Positions 18,001 through 34,660 of a stretch of DNA of 64,000 bases are shown piece after piece. The position numbers and the translations under genes are program-made. A model generated the notes under the pieces. That model was not told the origin of the DNA and ran no database searches. It saw nothing but the letters and a program-made list of their open reading frames with translations. Source of the DNA: Eledone cirrhosa (taxonomy: Eukaryota). The stretch spans positions 39,928,001 through 39,992,000 of the forward strand of contig OZ024740.1 in assembly GCA_964016885.1 (NCBI GenBank), in the 5' to 3' direction. Every line of letters starts with the position of its first letter. Within the stretch, counting starts at the first letter, position 1.

Positions 18001-21000
18001 CTACATAACAGAGACAGTACCACATCCTCTACATAACAGAGACAGTACCACATCCTCTACATAACAGAGACAGTACCACATCCTCTACATAACAGAGACA
18101 GTACCACATCCTCTACATAACAGAGACAGTACCACATCCTCTACATATCAGAGACAGTACCACATCCTCTACATAACAGAGGCAGTACCACATCCTCTAC
18201 ATAACAGAGACAGTACCACATCCTCTACATAACAAAGACATCATCACATCCTCTACATAACAGAGACAGTACCACATCCTCTACATAACAGAGACAGCAC
18301 CACATACTCTACATAACAGAGACAGTACCACATCCTCTACATGACAGAGACAGTACCACATCCTCTACATAACAGAGACAGTACCACATCCTCTACATAA
18401 CAGAGACAGTACCACATCCTCTACATAACAGAGACAGTACCACATCCTCTACATAACAGAGACAGCACCACATCCTCTACATAACAGAGACAGTACCACA
18501 TCCTCTACATAACAAAGACATCATCACATCCTCTACATAACAGAGACAGTACCACATCCTCTACATAACAGAGGCAGTACCACATCCTCTACATAACAGA
18601 GACAGTACCACATCCTCTACATAACAAAGACATCATCACATCCTCTACATAACAGAGACAGTACCACATCCTCTACATAACAGAGACAGCACCACATCCT
18701 CTACATAACAGAAACAGTACAACATCCTCTACATAACAGAGACAGCACCACATCCTCTACATAACAGAGACAGTACCACATCCTCTACATAATAGAGACA
18801 GTACCACATCCTCTACATAACAGAGACAGCACCACATCCTCTACATAATAGAGACAGTACCACATCCTCTACATAACAAAGACAGTACCACATCATCTAC
18901 ATAACAGAGACAGTACCACATCCTCTACATAACAGAGACAGCACCACATCCTCTACATAACAGAGACAGTACCACATCCTCTACATAACAGAGACATCAT
19001 CACATCCTCTACATAACAGAGACAGTACCACATCCTCTACATAACAGAGACAGTACCACATCCTCTACATAACAGAGACATCATCACATCCTCTAGATAA
19101 TAGAGACAGTACCACATCCTCTACATAACAGAGACAGTACTACATCCTCTACATAACAGAGACAGTACCACATCCTCTACATGACAGAGACATCATAACA
19201 TCCTCTACATAACAGAGACAGTACCACATCCTCAACATAACAGAGACAGTACCACATCCTCTACATAATAGAGATAGTACCACATCCTCTACATAACAGA
19301 GACAGCACCACATCCTCTACATAACAGAGACAGTATCACATCCTCTACATAACAGAGACATCATCACATCCTCTACATAACAGAGACAGTACCACATCCT
19401 CTACATAACAGAGACAGTACCACATCCTCTACATAACAGAGGCAGTACCACATCCTCTACATAACAGAAACAGTACCACATCCTCTACATAAGAAAAGAC
19501 AGTACCACATCCTCTACATAATAGACACAGTACCACATCCTCTACATAACAGAGACAGTACATCCTCTACATAACAGAGACAGTACCACATCCTCTACAT
19601 AACAAAGACATTATCACATCCTCTACATAACAGAGACAGTACCACATCCTCTACATAAAAGAGACAGTACCACATCCTCTACATAACAAAGACAGTACCA
19701 CATCCTCTACATAACAGAGACAGTACCACATCCTCTACATAACAGAAACAGTACCACATCCTCTGCATAACAGAAACAGTACCACATCCTCTACATAACA
19801 GCGACAGTGCCACATCCTCTACATAACAAAGACATTATCACATCCTCTACATAACAGAGACAGTACCACATCCTCTACATAAAAGAGACAGTACCACATC
19901 CTCTACATAACAAAGACAGTACCACATCCTCTACATAAGAGAGACAGTACCACATCCTCTACATAACAGAGACAGCACCACATCCTCTACATAACAGAGA
20001 CATCATCACATCCTCTACATAACAGAGACAGTGCCACATCCTCTACATAACAGAGACAGTACCACATCCTCTACATAACAGAGACAGTACCACATCCTCT
20101 ACATAACAGAGACAGTACCACATCCTCTACATAACAGAGACAGTACCACATCCTCTACATAACAGAGACAGCACCACATCCTCTACATAACAGAGACAGT
20201 ACCACATCCTCTACATAACAGAGACAGCACCACATCCTCTACATAACAGAGACATCATCACATCCTCTACATAACAGAGACAGTGCCACATCCTCTACAT
20301 AACAGAGACAGTATCACATCCTCTACATAACAGAGACAGTACCACATCCTCTACATAACAGAAACAGTACCACATCCTCTACATAAGAGAGACAGTACCA
20401 CATCCTCTACATAACAGAGACAGCACCACATCCTCTACATAACAGAGACAGTACCACATCCTCTACATAACAGAGACAGTACCACATCCTCTACATAACA
20501 GAGACAGTACCACATCCTCTACATAACAGAGACAGTACCACATCCTCTACATAACAGAGACAGTACCACATCCTCTACATATCAGAGACAGTACCACATC
20601 CTCTACATAACAGAGGCAGTACCACATCCTCTACATAACAGAGACAGTACCACATCCTCTACATAACAAAGACATCATCACATCCTCTACATAACAGAGA
20701 CAGTACCACATCCTCTACATAACATAGACAGCACCACATACTCTACATAACAGAGACAGTACCACATCCTCTACATGACAGAGACAGTACCACATCCTCT
20801 ACATAACAGAGACAGTACCACATCCTCTACATAACAGAGACAGTACCACATCCTCTACATAACAGAGACAGTAACACATCCTCTACATAACAGAGACAGC
20901 ACCACATCCTCTACATAGCAGAGACAGTACCACATCCTCTACATAACAAAGACATCATCACATCCTCTACATAACAGAGACAGTACCACATCCTCTACAT

Positions 21001-24000
21001 AACAGAGGCAGTACCACATCCTCTACATAACAGAGACAGTACCACATCCTCTACATAACAAAGACATCATCACATCCTCTACATAACAGAGACAGTACCA
21101 CATCCTCTACATAACAGAGACAGCACCACATCCTCTACATAACAGAAACAGTACGACATCCTCTACATAACAGAGACAGCACCACATCCTCTACATAACA
21201 GAGACAGTACCACATCCTCTACATAATAGAGACAGTACCACATCCTCTACATAACAGAGACAGCACCACATCCTCTACATAATAGAGACAGTACCACATC
21301 CTCTACATAACAGAGACAGTACCACATCCTCTACATAACAGAGACAGTACCACATCCTCTACATAACAGAGACAGCACCACATCCTCTACATAACAGAGA
21401 CAGTACCACATCCTCTACATAACAGAGACATCATCACATCCTCTACATAACAGAGACAGTACCACATCCTCTACATAACAGAGACCGTACCACATCCTCT
21501 ACATAACAGAGACATCATCACATCCTCTAGATAATAGAGACAGTACCACATCCTCTACATAACAGAGACATCATAACATCCTCTACATAACAGAGACAGT
21601 ACCACATCCTCAACATAACAGAGACAGTACCACATCTTCTACATAACAGAGACAGTACCACATCCTCTACATAACAGAGACAGCACCACATCCTCTACAT
21701 AAAAGAGACAGTACCACATCCTCTACATAACAGAGACAGTACCACATCCTCTACATAACAAAGACATCATCACATCCTCTACATAACAGAGACAGTACCA
21801 CATCCTCTACATAACAGAGACAGTACCACATCCTCTACATAACAAAGACAGTACCACATCCTCTACATAACAGAGACAGCACCACATCTTCTACATAACA
21901 GACAGTACCACATCCTCTACGTAACAAAGACATCATCACATCCTCTACATAACAGAGACAGTACCACATCCTCTACATAACAGAGACAGCACCACATCCT
22001 CTACATAACAGAAACAGTACATCCTCTACATAACAGAAACAGTACCACATCCTCTACATAAGAGAGACAGTACCACATCCTCTACATAATAGAGACAGTA
22101 CCACATCCTCTACATAACAGAGACAGTACCACATCCTCTACATAACAAAGACATCATCACATCCTCTACATAACAGAGACAGTACCACATCCTCTACATA
22201 ACAGAGACAGTACCACATCCTCTACATAACAGAGACAGTACCACATCCTCTACATAACAGAGACAGCACCACATCCTCTACATAACAGAGACAGTACCAC
22301 ATCCTCTACATAACAAAGACATCATCACATCCTCTACATAACAGAGACAGTACCACATCCTCTACATAACAGAGGCAGTACCACATCCTCTACATAACAG
22401 AGACAGTACCACATCCTCTACATAACAAAGACATCATCACATCCTCTACATAACAGAGACAGTACCACATCCTCTACATAACAGAGACAGCACCACATCC
22501 TCTACATAACAGAAACAGTACAACATCCTCTACATAACAGAGACAGCACCACATCCTCTACATAACAGAGACAGTACCACATCCTCTACATAATAGAGAC
22601 AGTACCACATCCTCTACATAACAGAGACAGCACCACATCCTCTACATAATAGAGACAGTACCACATCCTCTACATAACAAAGACAGTACCACATCATCTA
22701 CATAACAGAGACAGTACCACATCCTCTACATAACAGAGACAGCACCACATCCTCTACATAACAGAGACAGTACCACATCCTCTACATAACAGAGACATCA
22801 TCACATCCTCTACATAACAGAGACAGTACCACATCCTCTACATAACAGAGACAGTACCACATCCTCTACATAACAGAGACATCATCACATCCTCTAGATA
22901 ATAGAGACAGTACCACATCCTCTACATAACAGAGACAGTACTACATCCTCTACATAACAGAGACAGTACCACATCCTCTACATAACAGAGACATCATAAC
23001 ATCCTCTACATAACAGAGACAGTACCACATCCTCAACATAACAGAGACAGTACCACATCCTCTACATAATAGAGATAGTACCACATCCTCTACATAACAG
23101 AGACAGCACCACATCCTCTACATAACAGAGACAGTATCACATCCTCTACATAACAGAGACATCATCACATCCTCTACATAACAGAGACAGTACCACATCC
23201 TCTACATAACAGAGACAGTACCACATCCTCTACATAACAGAGGCAGTACCACATCCTCTACATAACAGAAACAGTACCACATCCTCTACATAAGAAAAGA
23301 CAGTACCACATCCTCTACATAATAGACACAGTACCACATCCTCTACATAACAGAGACAGTACATCCTCTACATAACAGAGACAGTACCACATCCTCTACA
23401 TAACAAAGACATTATCACATCCTCTACATAACAGAGACAGTACCACATCCTCTACATAAAAGAGACAGTACCACATCCTCTACATAACAAAGACAGTACC
23501 ACATCCTCTACATAACAGAGACAGTACCACATCCTCTACATAACAGAAACAGTACCACATCCTCTGCATAACAGAAACAGTACCACATCCTCTACATAAC
23601 AGCGACAGTGCCACATCCTCTACATAACAAAGACATTATCACATCCTCTACATAACAGAGACAGTACCACATCCTCTACATAAAAGAGACAGTACCACAT
23701 CCTCTACATAACAAAGACAGTACCACATCCTCTACATAAGAGAGACAGTACCACATCCTCTACATAACAGAGACAGCACCACATCCTCTACATAACAGAG
23801 ACATCATCACATCCTCTACATAACAGAGACAGTGCCACATCCTCTACATAACAGAGACAGTACCACATCCTCTACATAACAGAGACAGTACCACATCCTC
23901 TACATAACAGAGACAGTACCACATCCTCTACATAACAGAGACAGTACCACATCCTCTACATAACAGAGACAGCACCACATCCTCTACATAACAGAGACAG

Positions 24001-27000
24001 TACCACATCCTCTACATAACAGAGACAGCACCACATCCTCTACATAACAGAGACATCATCACATCCTCTACATAACAGAGACAGTGCCACATCCTCTACA
24101 TAACAGAGACAGTATCACATCCTCTACATAACAGAGACAGTACCACATCCTCTACATAACAGAAACAGTACCACATCCTCTACATAAGAGAGACAGTACC
24201 ACATCCTCTACATAACAGAGACAGCACCACATCCTCTACATAACAGAGACAGTACCACATCCTCTACATAACAGAGACAGTACCACATCCTCTACATAAC
24301 AGAGACAGTACCACATCCTCTACATAACAGAGACAGTACCACATCCTCTACATAACAGAGACAGTACCACATCCTCTACATAACAGAGACAGTACCACAT
24401 CCTCTACATATCAGAGACAGTACCACATCCTCTACATAACAGAGGCAGTACCACATCCTCTACATAACAGAGACAGTACCACATCCTCTACATAACAAAG
24501 ACATCATCACATCCTCTACATAACAGAGACAGTACCACATCCTCTACATAACATAGACAGCACCACATACTCTACATAACAGAGACAGTACCACATCCTC
24601 TACATGACAGAGACAGTACCACATCCTCTACATAACAGAGACAGTACCACATCCTCTACATAACAGAGACAGTACCACATCCTCTACATAACAGAGACAG
24701 TAACACATCCTCTACATAACAGAGACAGCACCACATCCTCTACATAGCAGAGACAGTACCACATCCTCTACATAACAAAGACATCATCACATCCTCTACA
24801 TAACAGAGACAGTACCACATCCTCTACATAACAGAGGCAGTACCACATCCTCTACATAACAGAGACAGTACCACATCCTCTACATAACAAAGACATCATC
24901 ACATCCTCTACATAACAGAGACAGTACCACATCCTCTACATAACAGAGACAGCACCACATCCTCTACATAACAGAAACAGTACGACATCCTCTACATAAC
25001 AGAGACAGCACCACATCCTCTACATAACAGAGACAGTACCACATCCTCTACATAATAGAGACAGTACCACATCCTCTACATAACAGAGACAGCACCACAT
25101 CCTCTACATAATAGAGACAGTACCACATCCTCTACATAACAGAGACAGTACCACATCCTCTACATAACAGAGACAGTACCACATCCTCTACATAACAGAG
25201 ACAGCACCACATCCTCTACATAACAGAGACAGTACCACATCCTCTACATAACAGAGACATCATCACATCCTCTACATAACAGAGACAGTACCACATCCTC
25301 TACATAACAGAGACCGTACCACATCCTCTACATAACAGAGACATCATCACATCCTCTAGATAATAGAGACAGTACCACATCCTCTACATAACAGAGACAT
25401 CATAACATCCTCTACATAACAGAGACAGTACCACATCCTCAACATAACAGAGACAGTACCACATCCTCTACATAAGAGAGACAGTACCACATCCTCTACA
25501 TAACAGAGACAGCACCACATCCTCTACATAACAGAGACAGTACCACATCCTCTACATAACAGAGACAGTACCACATCCTCTACATAACAGAGACAGTACC
25601 ACATCCTCTACATAACAGAGACAGTACCACATCCTCTACATAACAGAGACAGTACCACATCCTCTACATAACAGAGACAGTACCACATCCTCTACATATC
25701 AGAGACAGTACCACATCCTCTACATAACAGAGGCAGTACCACATCCTCTACATAACAGAGACAGTACCACATCCTCTACATAACAAAGACATCATCACAT
25801 CCTCTACATAACAGAGACAGTACCACATCCTCTACATAACAGAGACAGCACCACATACTCTACATAACAGAGACAGTACCACATCCTCTACATGACAGAG
25901 ACAGTACCACATCCTCTACATAACAGAGACAGTACCACATCCTCTACATAACAGAGACAGTACCACATCCTCTACATAACAGAGACAGTACCGCATCCTC
26001 TACATAACAGAGACAGCACCACATCCTCTACATAACAGAGACAGTACCACATCCTCTACATAACAAAGACATCATCACATCCTCTACATAACAGAGACAG
26101 TACCACATCCTCTACATAACAGAGGCAGTACCACATCCTCTACATAACAGAGACAGTACCACATCCTCTACATAACAAAGACATCATCACATCCTCTACA
26201 TAACAGAGACAGTACCACATCCTCTACATAACAGAGACAGCACCACATCCTCTACATAACAGAAACAGTACAACATCCTCTACATAACAGAGACAGCACC
26301 ACATCCTCTACATAACAGAGACAGTACCACATCCTCTACATAATAGAGACAGTACCACATCCTCTACATAACAGAGACAGCACCACATCCTCTACATAAT
26401 AGAGACAGTACCACATCCTCTACATAACAAAGACAGTACCACATCATCTACATAACAGAGACAGTACCACATCCTCTACATAACAGAGACAGCACCACAT
26501 CCTCTACATAACAGAGACAGTACCACATCCTCTACATAACAGAGACATCATCACATCCTCTACATAACAGAGACAGTACCACATCCTCTACATAACAGAG
26601 ACAGTACCACATCCTCTACATAACAGAGACATCATCACATCCTCTAGATAATAGAGACAGTACCACATCCTCTACATAACAGAGACAGTACTACATCCTC
26701 TACATAACAGAGACAGTACCACATCCTCTACATAACAGAGACATCATAACATCCTCTACATAACAGAGACAGTACCACATCCTCAACATAACAGAGACAG
26801 TACCACATCCTCTACATAATAGAGATAGTACCACATCCTCTACATAACAGAGACAGCACCACATCCTCTACATAACAGAGACAGTATCACATCCTCTACA
26901 TAACAGAGACATCATCACATCCTCTACATAACAGAGACAGTACCACATCCTCTACATAACAGAGACAGTACCACATCCTCTACATAACAGAGGCAGTACC

Positions 27001-30000
27001 ACATCCTCTACATAACAGAAACAGTACCACATCCTCTACATAAGAAAAGACAGTACCACATCCTCTACATAATAGACACAGTACCACATCCTCTACATAA
27101 CAGAGACAGTACATCCTCTACATAACAGAGACAGTACCACATCCTCTACATAACAAAGACATTATCACATCCTCTACATAACAGAGACAGTACCACATCC
27201 TCTACATAAAAGAGACAGTACCACATCCTCTACATAACAAAGACAGTACCACATCCTCTACATAACAGAGACAGTACCACATCCTCTACATAACAGAAAC
27301 AGTACCACATCCTCTGCATAACAGAAACAGTACCACATCCTCTACATAACAGCGACAGTGCCACATCCTCTACATAACAAAGACATTATCACATCCTCTA
27401 CATAACAGAGACAGTACCACATCCTCTACATAAAAGAGACAGTACCACATCCTCTACATAACAAAGACAGTACCACATCCTCTACATAAGAGAGACAGTA
27501 CCACATCCTCTACATAACAGAGACAGCACCACATCCTCTACATAACAGAGACATCATCACATCCTCTACATAACAGAGACAGTGCCACATCCTCTACATA
27601 ACAGAGACAGTACCACATCCTCTACATAACAGAGACAGTACCACATCCTCTACATAACAGAGACAGTACCACATCCTCTACATAACAGAGACAGTACCAC
27701 ATCCTCTACATAACAGAGACAGCACCACATCCTCTACATAACAGAGACAGTACCACATCCTCTACATAACAGAGACAGCACCACATCCTCTACATAACAG
27801 AGACATCATCACATCCTCTACATAACAGAGACAGTGCCACATCCTCTACATAACAGAGACAGTATCACATCCTCTACATAACAGAGACAGTACCACATCC
27901 TCTACATAACAGAAACAGTACCACATCCTCTACATAAGAGAGACAGTACCACATCCTCTACATAACAGAGACAGCACCACATCCTCTACATAACAGAGAC
28001 AGTACCACATCCTCTACATAACAGAGACAGTACCACATCCTCTACATAACAGAGACAGTACCACATCCTCTACATAACAGAGACAGTACCACATCCTCTA
28101 CATAACAGAGACAGTACCACATCCTCTACATAACAGAGACAGTACCACATCCTCTACATATCAGAGACAGTACCACATCCTCTACATAACAGAGGCAGTA
28201 CCACATCCTCTACATAACAGAGACAGTACCACATCCTCTACATAACAAAGACATCATCACATCCTCTACATAACAGAGACAGTACCACATCCTCTACATA
28301 ACATAGACAGCACCACATACTCTACATAACAGAGACAGTACCACATCCTCTACATGACAGAGACAGTACCACATCCTCTACATAACAGAGACAGTACCAC
28401 ATCCTCTACATAACAGAGACAGTACCACATCCTCTACATAACAGAGACAGTAACACATCCTCTACATAACAGAGACAGCACCACATCCTCTACATAGCAG
28501 AGACAGTACCACATCCTCTACATAACAAAGACATCATCACATCCTCTACATAACAGAGACAGTACCACATCCTCTACATAACAGAGGCAGTACCACATCC
28601 TCTACATAACAGAGACAGTACCACATCCTCTACATAACAAAGACATCATCACATCCTCTACATAACAGAGACAGTACCACATCCTCTACATAACAGAGAC
28701 AGCACCACATCCTCTACATAACAGAAACAGTACGACATCCTCTACATAACAGAGACAGCACCACATCCTCTACATAACAGAGACAGTACCACATCCTCTA
28801 CATAATAGAGACAGTACCACATCCTCTACATAACAGAGACAGCACCACATCCTCTACATAATAGAGACAGTACCACATCCTCTACATAACAGAGACAGTA
28901 CCACATCCTCTACATAACAGAGACAGTACCACATCCTCTACATAACAGAGACAGCACCACATCCTCTACATAACAGAGACAGTACCACATCCTCTACATA
29001 ACAGAGACATCATCACATCCTCTACATAACAGAGACAGTACCACATCCTCTACATAACAGAGACCGTACCACATCCTCTACATAACAGAGACATCATCAC
29101 ATCCTCTAGATAATAGAGACAGTACCACATCCTCTACATAACAGAGACATCATAACATCCTCTACATAACAGAGACAGTACCACATCCTCAACATAACAG
29201 AGACAGTACCACATCTTCTACATAACAGAGACAGTACCACATCCTCTACATAACAGAGACAGCACCACATCCTCTACATAAAAGAGACAGTACCACATCC
29301 TCTACATAACAGAGACAGTACCACATCCTCTACATAACAAAGACATCATCACATCCTCTACATAACAGAGACAGTACCACATCCTCTACATAACAGAGAC
29401 AGTACCACATCCTCTACATAACAAAGACAGTACCACATCCTCTACATAACAGAGACAGCACCACATCTTCTACATAACAGACAGTACCACATCCTCTACG
29501 TAACAAAGACATCATCACATCCTCTACATAACAGAGACAGTACCACATCCTCTACATAACAGAGACAGCACCACATCCTCTACATAACAGAAACAGTACA
29601 TCCTCTACATAACAGAAACAGTACCACATCCTCTACATAAGAGAGACAGTACCACATCCTCTACATAATAGAGACAGTACCACATCCTCTACATAACAGA
29701 GACAGTACCACATCCTCTACATAACAAAGACATCATCACATCCTCTACATAACAGAGACAGTACCACATCCTCTACATAACAGAGACAGTACCACAAATC
29801 TACATAACAGAGACAGCACCACATCCTCTACATAACAGACAGTACCACATCCTCTACATAACAGAGACAGTACCACATCCTCTACATAACAGAGACAGCA
29901 CCACATCCTCTACATAATAGAGACAGTACCACATCCTCTACATAACAAAGACATCATCACATCCTCTACATAACAGAGACAGTACCACATCCTCTACATA

Positions 30001-33000
30001 ACAGAGACAGCACCACATCCTCTACATAACAGAAACAGTACGACATCCTCTACATAACAGAAACAGTACCACATCCTCTACATAAGAGAGACAGTACCAC
30101 ATCCTCTACATAATAGAGACAGTACCACATCCTCTACATAACAGAGACAGTACCACATCCTCTACATAACAGAGACAGTACCACATCCTCTACATAACAG
30201 AGACAGCACCACATCCTCTACATAACAGAGACAGTACCACATCCTCTACATAATAGAGACAGTACCACATCCTCTACATAACAGAGACAGCACCACATCC
30301 TCTACATAACAGAGACAGTACCACATCCTCTACATAATAGAGACAGTACCACATACTCTACATAACAGAGACAGCACCACATCCTCTACATAACAGAGAC
30401 AGCACCACATCCTCTACATAACAGAGGCAGTACCACATCCTCTACATAACAGAAACAGTACCACATCCTCTACATAAGACAGACAGTACCACATCCTCTA
30501 CATAATAGAGACAGTACCACATCCTCTACATAACAGAGACAGTACCACATCCTCTACATAACAAAGACATCATCACATCTTCTACATAACAGAGACAGTA
30601 CCACATCCTCTACATAACAGAGACAGTACCACATCCTCTACATAACAGAGACAGTACCACATCATCTATATAACAGAGACAGCACCACATCCTCTACATA
30701 ACAGAGACAGTACCACATCCTCTACATAACAAAGACATCATCACATCCTCTACATAACAGAGACAGTACCACATCCTCTACATAGCAGAGACAGCACCAC
30801 ATCCTCTACATAATAGAAACAGTACCACATCCTCTACATAACAAAGACATCATCACATCCTCTACATAACAAAGACATCATCACATCCTCTACATAACAG
30901 AGACAGTACCACATCCTCTACATAACAGAGACAGTACCACATCCTCTACATAACAGAGACAGTACCACATCCTCTACATAACAGAGACAGTACCACATCT
31001 TCTACATAACAGAGACAGCACCACATCCTTTACATAACAGAGGCAGTACCACATCCTCTACATAACAGAGACAGTACCACATCCTCTACATAACAAAGAC
31101 ATCATCACATTCTCTACATAACAGAGACAGTACCACATCCTCTACATAACAGAGACAGTACCACATCCTCTACATAACAGAGACAGTACCACATCCTCTA
31201 CATAACAGAGACATCATCACATCCTCTAGATAATAGACACAGTACCACATCCTCTACATAACAGAGACAGTACCACATCCTCTACATAACAGAGACAGTA
31301 CCACATCCTCTACATAACAGAGACAGCACCACATCCTCTACATAACAGAGACAGTACCACATCCTCTACATAACAGAGAGAGCACCACATCCTCTACATA
31401 ATAGAGACAGTACCACATCCTCTACATAACAAAGACATCATCACATTCTCTACATAACAGAGACAGTACCACATCCTCTACATAACAGAGACAGCACCAC
31501 ATCCTCTACATAACAGAAACAGTACGACATCCTCTACATAACAGAAACAGCACCACATCCTCTACATAAGAGAGACAGTACCACATCCTCTACATAATAG
31601 AGACAGTACCACATCCTCTACATTACAGAGACAGCACCACATCCTCTACATAACAGAGACAGTACCACATCCTCTACATAACAGAGACATCATCACATCC
31701 TCTACATAACAGAGACAGTACCACATCCTCTACATAACAGAGACAGTACCACATCCTCTACATAACAGAGACAGTACCACATCCTCTACATAACAAAGAC
31801 ATCATCACATCCTCTACATAACAGAGACAGTACCACATCCTCTACATAACAGAGACAGTACCACAAATCTACATAACAGAGACAGCACCACATCCTCTAC
31901 ATAACAGACAGTACCACATCCTCTACATAACAGAGACAGTACCACATCCTCTACATAACAGAGACAGCACCACATCCTCTACATAACAGAGACAGTACCA
32001 CATCCTCTACATAACAGAGACAGCACCACATCCTCTACATAACAGAAACAGTACCACATCCTCTACATAACAGAAACAGTACCACATCCTCTACATAAGA
32101 GTGACAGTACCACATCCTCTACATAATAGAGAAAGTACCACATCCTCTACATAACAGAGACAGTACCACATCCTCTACATAACAGAGACAGTACCACATC
32201 CTCTACATAACAGAGACAGCACCACATCCTCTACATAACAGAGACAGTACCACATCCTCTACATAACAGAGACATCATCACATCCTCTACATAACAGAGA
32301 CAGTACCACATCCTCTACATAACAGAGACAGTACCACATCCTCTACATAACAGAGACATCATCACATCCTCTAGATAATAGAGACAGTACCACATCCTCT
32401 ACATAACAGAGACAGTACCACATCCTCTACATAGCAGAGACAGTACCACATCCTCTACATAACAGAGACATCATCACATCCTCTGCATAACAGAGACAGT
32501 ACCACATCCTCTACATAACAGAGACAGTACCACATCCTCTACATAACAGAGACAGTACCACATCCTCTACATAACAGAGACAGCACCACATCCTCTACAT
32601 AAAAGAGACAGTACCACATCCTCTACATAACAGAGACAGTACCACATCCTCTACATAACAAAGACATCATCACATCCTCTACATAACAGAGACAGTACCA
32701 CATCCTCTACATAACAGAGACAGTACCACATCCTCTACATAACAAAGACAGTACCACATCCTCTACATAACAGAGACAGCACCACATCCTCTACATAACA
32801 GACAGTACCACATCCTGTACATAACAAAGACATCATCACATCCTCTACATAACAGAGACAGCACCACATCCTCTACATAACAGAAACAGTACATCCTCTA
32901 CATAACAGAAACAGTACCACATCCTCTACATAAGAGAGACAGTACCGCATCCTCTACATAATAGAGACAGTACCACATCCTCTACATAACAGAGACAGTA

Positions 33001-33815
33001 CCACATCCTCTACATAACAGAGACATTACCACATCCTCTACATAACAAAGACATCATCACATCCTCTACATAACAGAGACAGTACCACATCCTCTACATA
33101 ACAGAGACAGTACCACAAATCTACATAACAGAGACAGCACCACATCCTCTACATAACAGACAGTACCACATCCTCTACATAACAGAGACAGTACCACATC
33201 CTCTACATAACAGAGACAGCACCACATCCTCTACATAATAGAGACAGTACCACATCCTCTACATAACAAAGACATCATCACATCCTCTACATAACAGAGA
33301 CAGTACCACATCCTCTACATAACAGAGACAGCACCACATCCTCTACATAACAGAAACAGTACGACATCCTCTACATAACAGAAACAGTACCACATCCTCT
33401 ACATAAGAGAGACAGTACCACATCCTCTACATAATAGAGACAGTACCACATCCTCTACATAACAGAGACAGTACCACATCCTCTACATAACAGAGACAGT
33501 ACCACATCCTCTACATAACAGAGACAGCACCACATCCTCTACATAACAGAGACAGTACCACATCCTCTACATAATAGAGACAGTACCACATCCTCTACAT
33601 AACAGAGACAGCACCACATCCTCTACATAACAGAGACAGTACCACATCCTCTACATAATAGAGACAGTACCACATACTCTACATAACAGCGACAGCACCA
33701 CATCCTCTACATAACAGAGACAGCACCACATCCTCTACATAACAGAGGCAGTACCAGATCCTCTACATAACAGAGACAGCACCACATCCTCTACATAACA
33801 AAGACATCATCACCT
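1..33815. repeat. Giant 28-bp satellite/minisatellite array (consensus ACCACATCCTCTACATAACAGAGACAGT), ~1,200 monomers, runs off the left edge of the window
   Basis: Uninterrupted head-to-tail 28-mers with recurrent variants (CAGC for CAGT, AAAGACATCATCAC, AGAAAC, AATAGAG). The array decays abruptly at ~33,815. Confidence 0.99.
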
Positions 33816-33838
33816 CCTAACCCTATATAACTCACAAG

Positions 33839-33937
33839 TGTGACCTACATTAAACTACAGTTTCTCCATCTAGTGACCCACAATGAACTGGTTCTTACAT
33901 CTGGTGACCCACATTGAACTACAGCTCCTACATCTGG
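33839..33937. repeat. Short degenerate ~33-bp tandem repeat bordering the satellite
   Basis: About three copies of GTGACC(C/T)ACA(A/T)T(G/A)AACT...CATCT. Confidence 0.55.
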
Positions 33938-34435
33938 GATACTGCTGCTACATATGTAGACATCCAACTAATTGGCATGAATTTCTTTCCCAACACACTC
34001 CAACATATTGTCTGATTTCTCTGTCTTTTCTTCCACTACTACAATGGCCTGTACTCTTCAGCACTGGCTGGTCTCATGCTATTTCCACTCACACACTGTC
34101 ACTACCTATAATGTGTCCATTTACCACCCTCAAATCTCACACTAACTACAGTACCCAATCCTTCCCCCTCTCTAGAAAACCTACCCTATACATAATTTTC
34201 CTGCAGTTGTCAACATACAACTATTTAAAATGAATAATAACCATACTGATATCACTGATCTCAGGGGGCTTGTGAAGGCAATGGGCTCAGCCCCTTCCTT
34301 TAAACTAAACCAATAAAAAAATGTTTAATCCTGTATGCTACATCATCTTTTTACAATAAAATAGAAAGCTGTCCCTACTACAAAATAAACTTTATTCAAT
34401 TTAACACTTATAAGTTTATTTTTATTTATTTATAA

Positions 34436-34660
34436 TAAGGCAGTGGACTGGCAGTATCAGTAGAACATCAGACAACATGCTCTACAGCATACAGTTACAG
34501 CCCTTTATGTTCTGAGTTCAAATCCCACCAAGGTTAGTTTTGCCGTTCATTTTTACAGGGTCAATAAAATAAAGTACCAGTAATGCACTGGGGGTAGGGG
34601 TCGATTTAATCAACTTTCCTCTTCCCTTCATATCGCTGGCCTTGTACCAAAAGTAGAAAC
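34436..34660 (+). mobile_element. tRNA-derived SINE with Nin/Deu-like central domain (decayed)
   Basis: Box B-like GAGTTCAAATCCC followed by TTTGCC.TTCAT...GGGTCAATAAAATAAAGTACCAGT; same family as the 38,067 and 55,528 copies. Confidence 0.7.

Noticed and set aside
1-33815. CRISPR array (28-bp repeats)
   Set aside because: Monomers are directly adjacent with no unique spacers, there are no cas genes, and the context is eukaryotic
33883-34233. 116-aa plus-strand ORF, or a further BRAP exon next to the satellite
   Set aside because: No recognisable homology; I could not find the expected next BRAP segment (A..FY...NG..F) on the minus strand here
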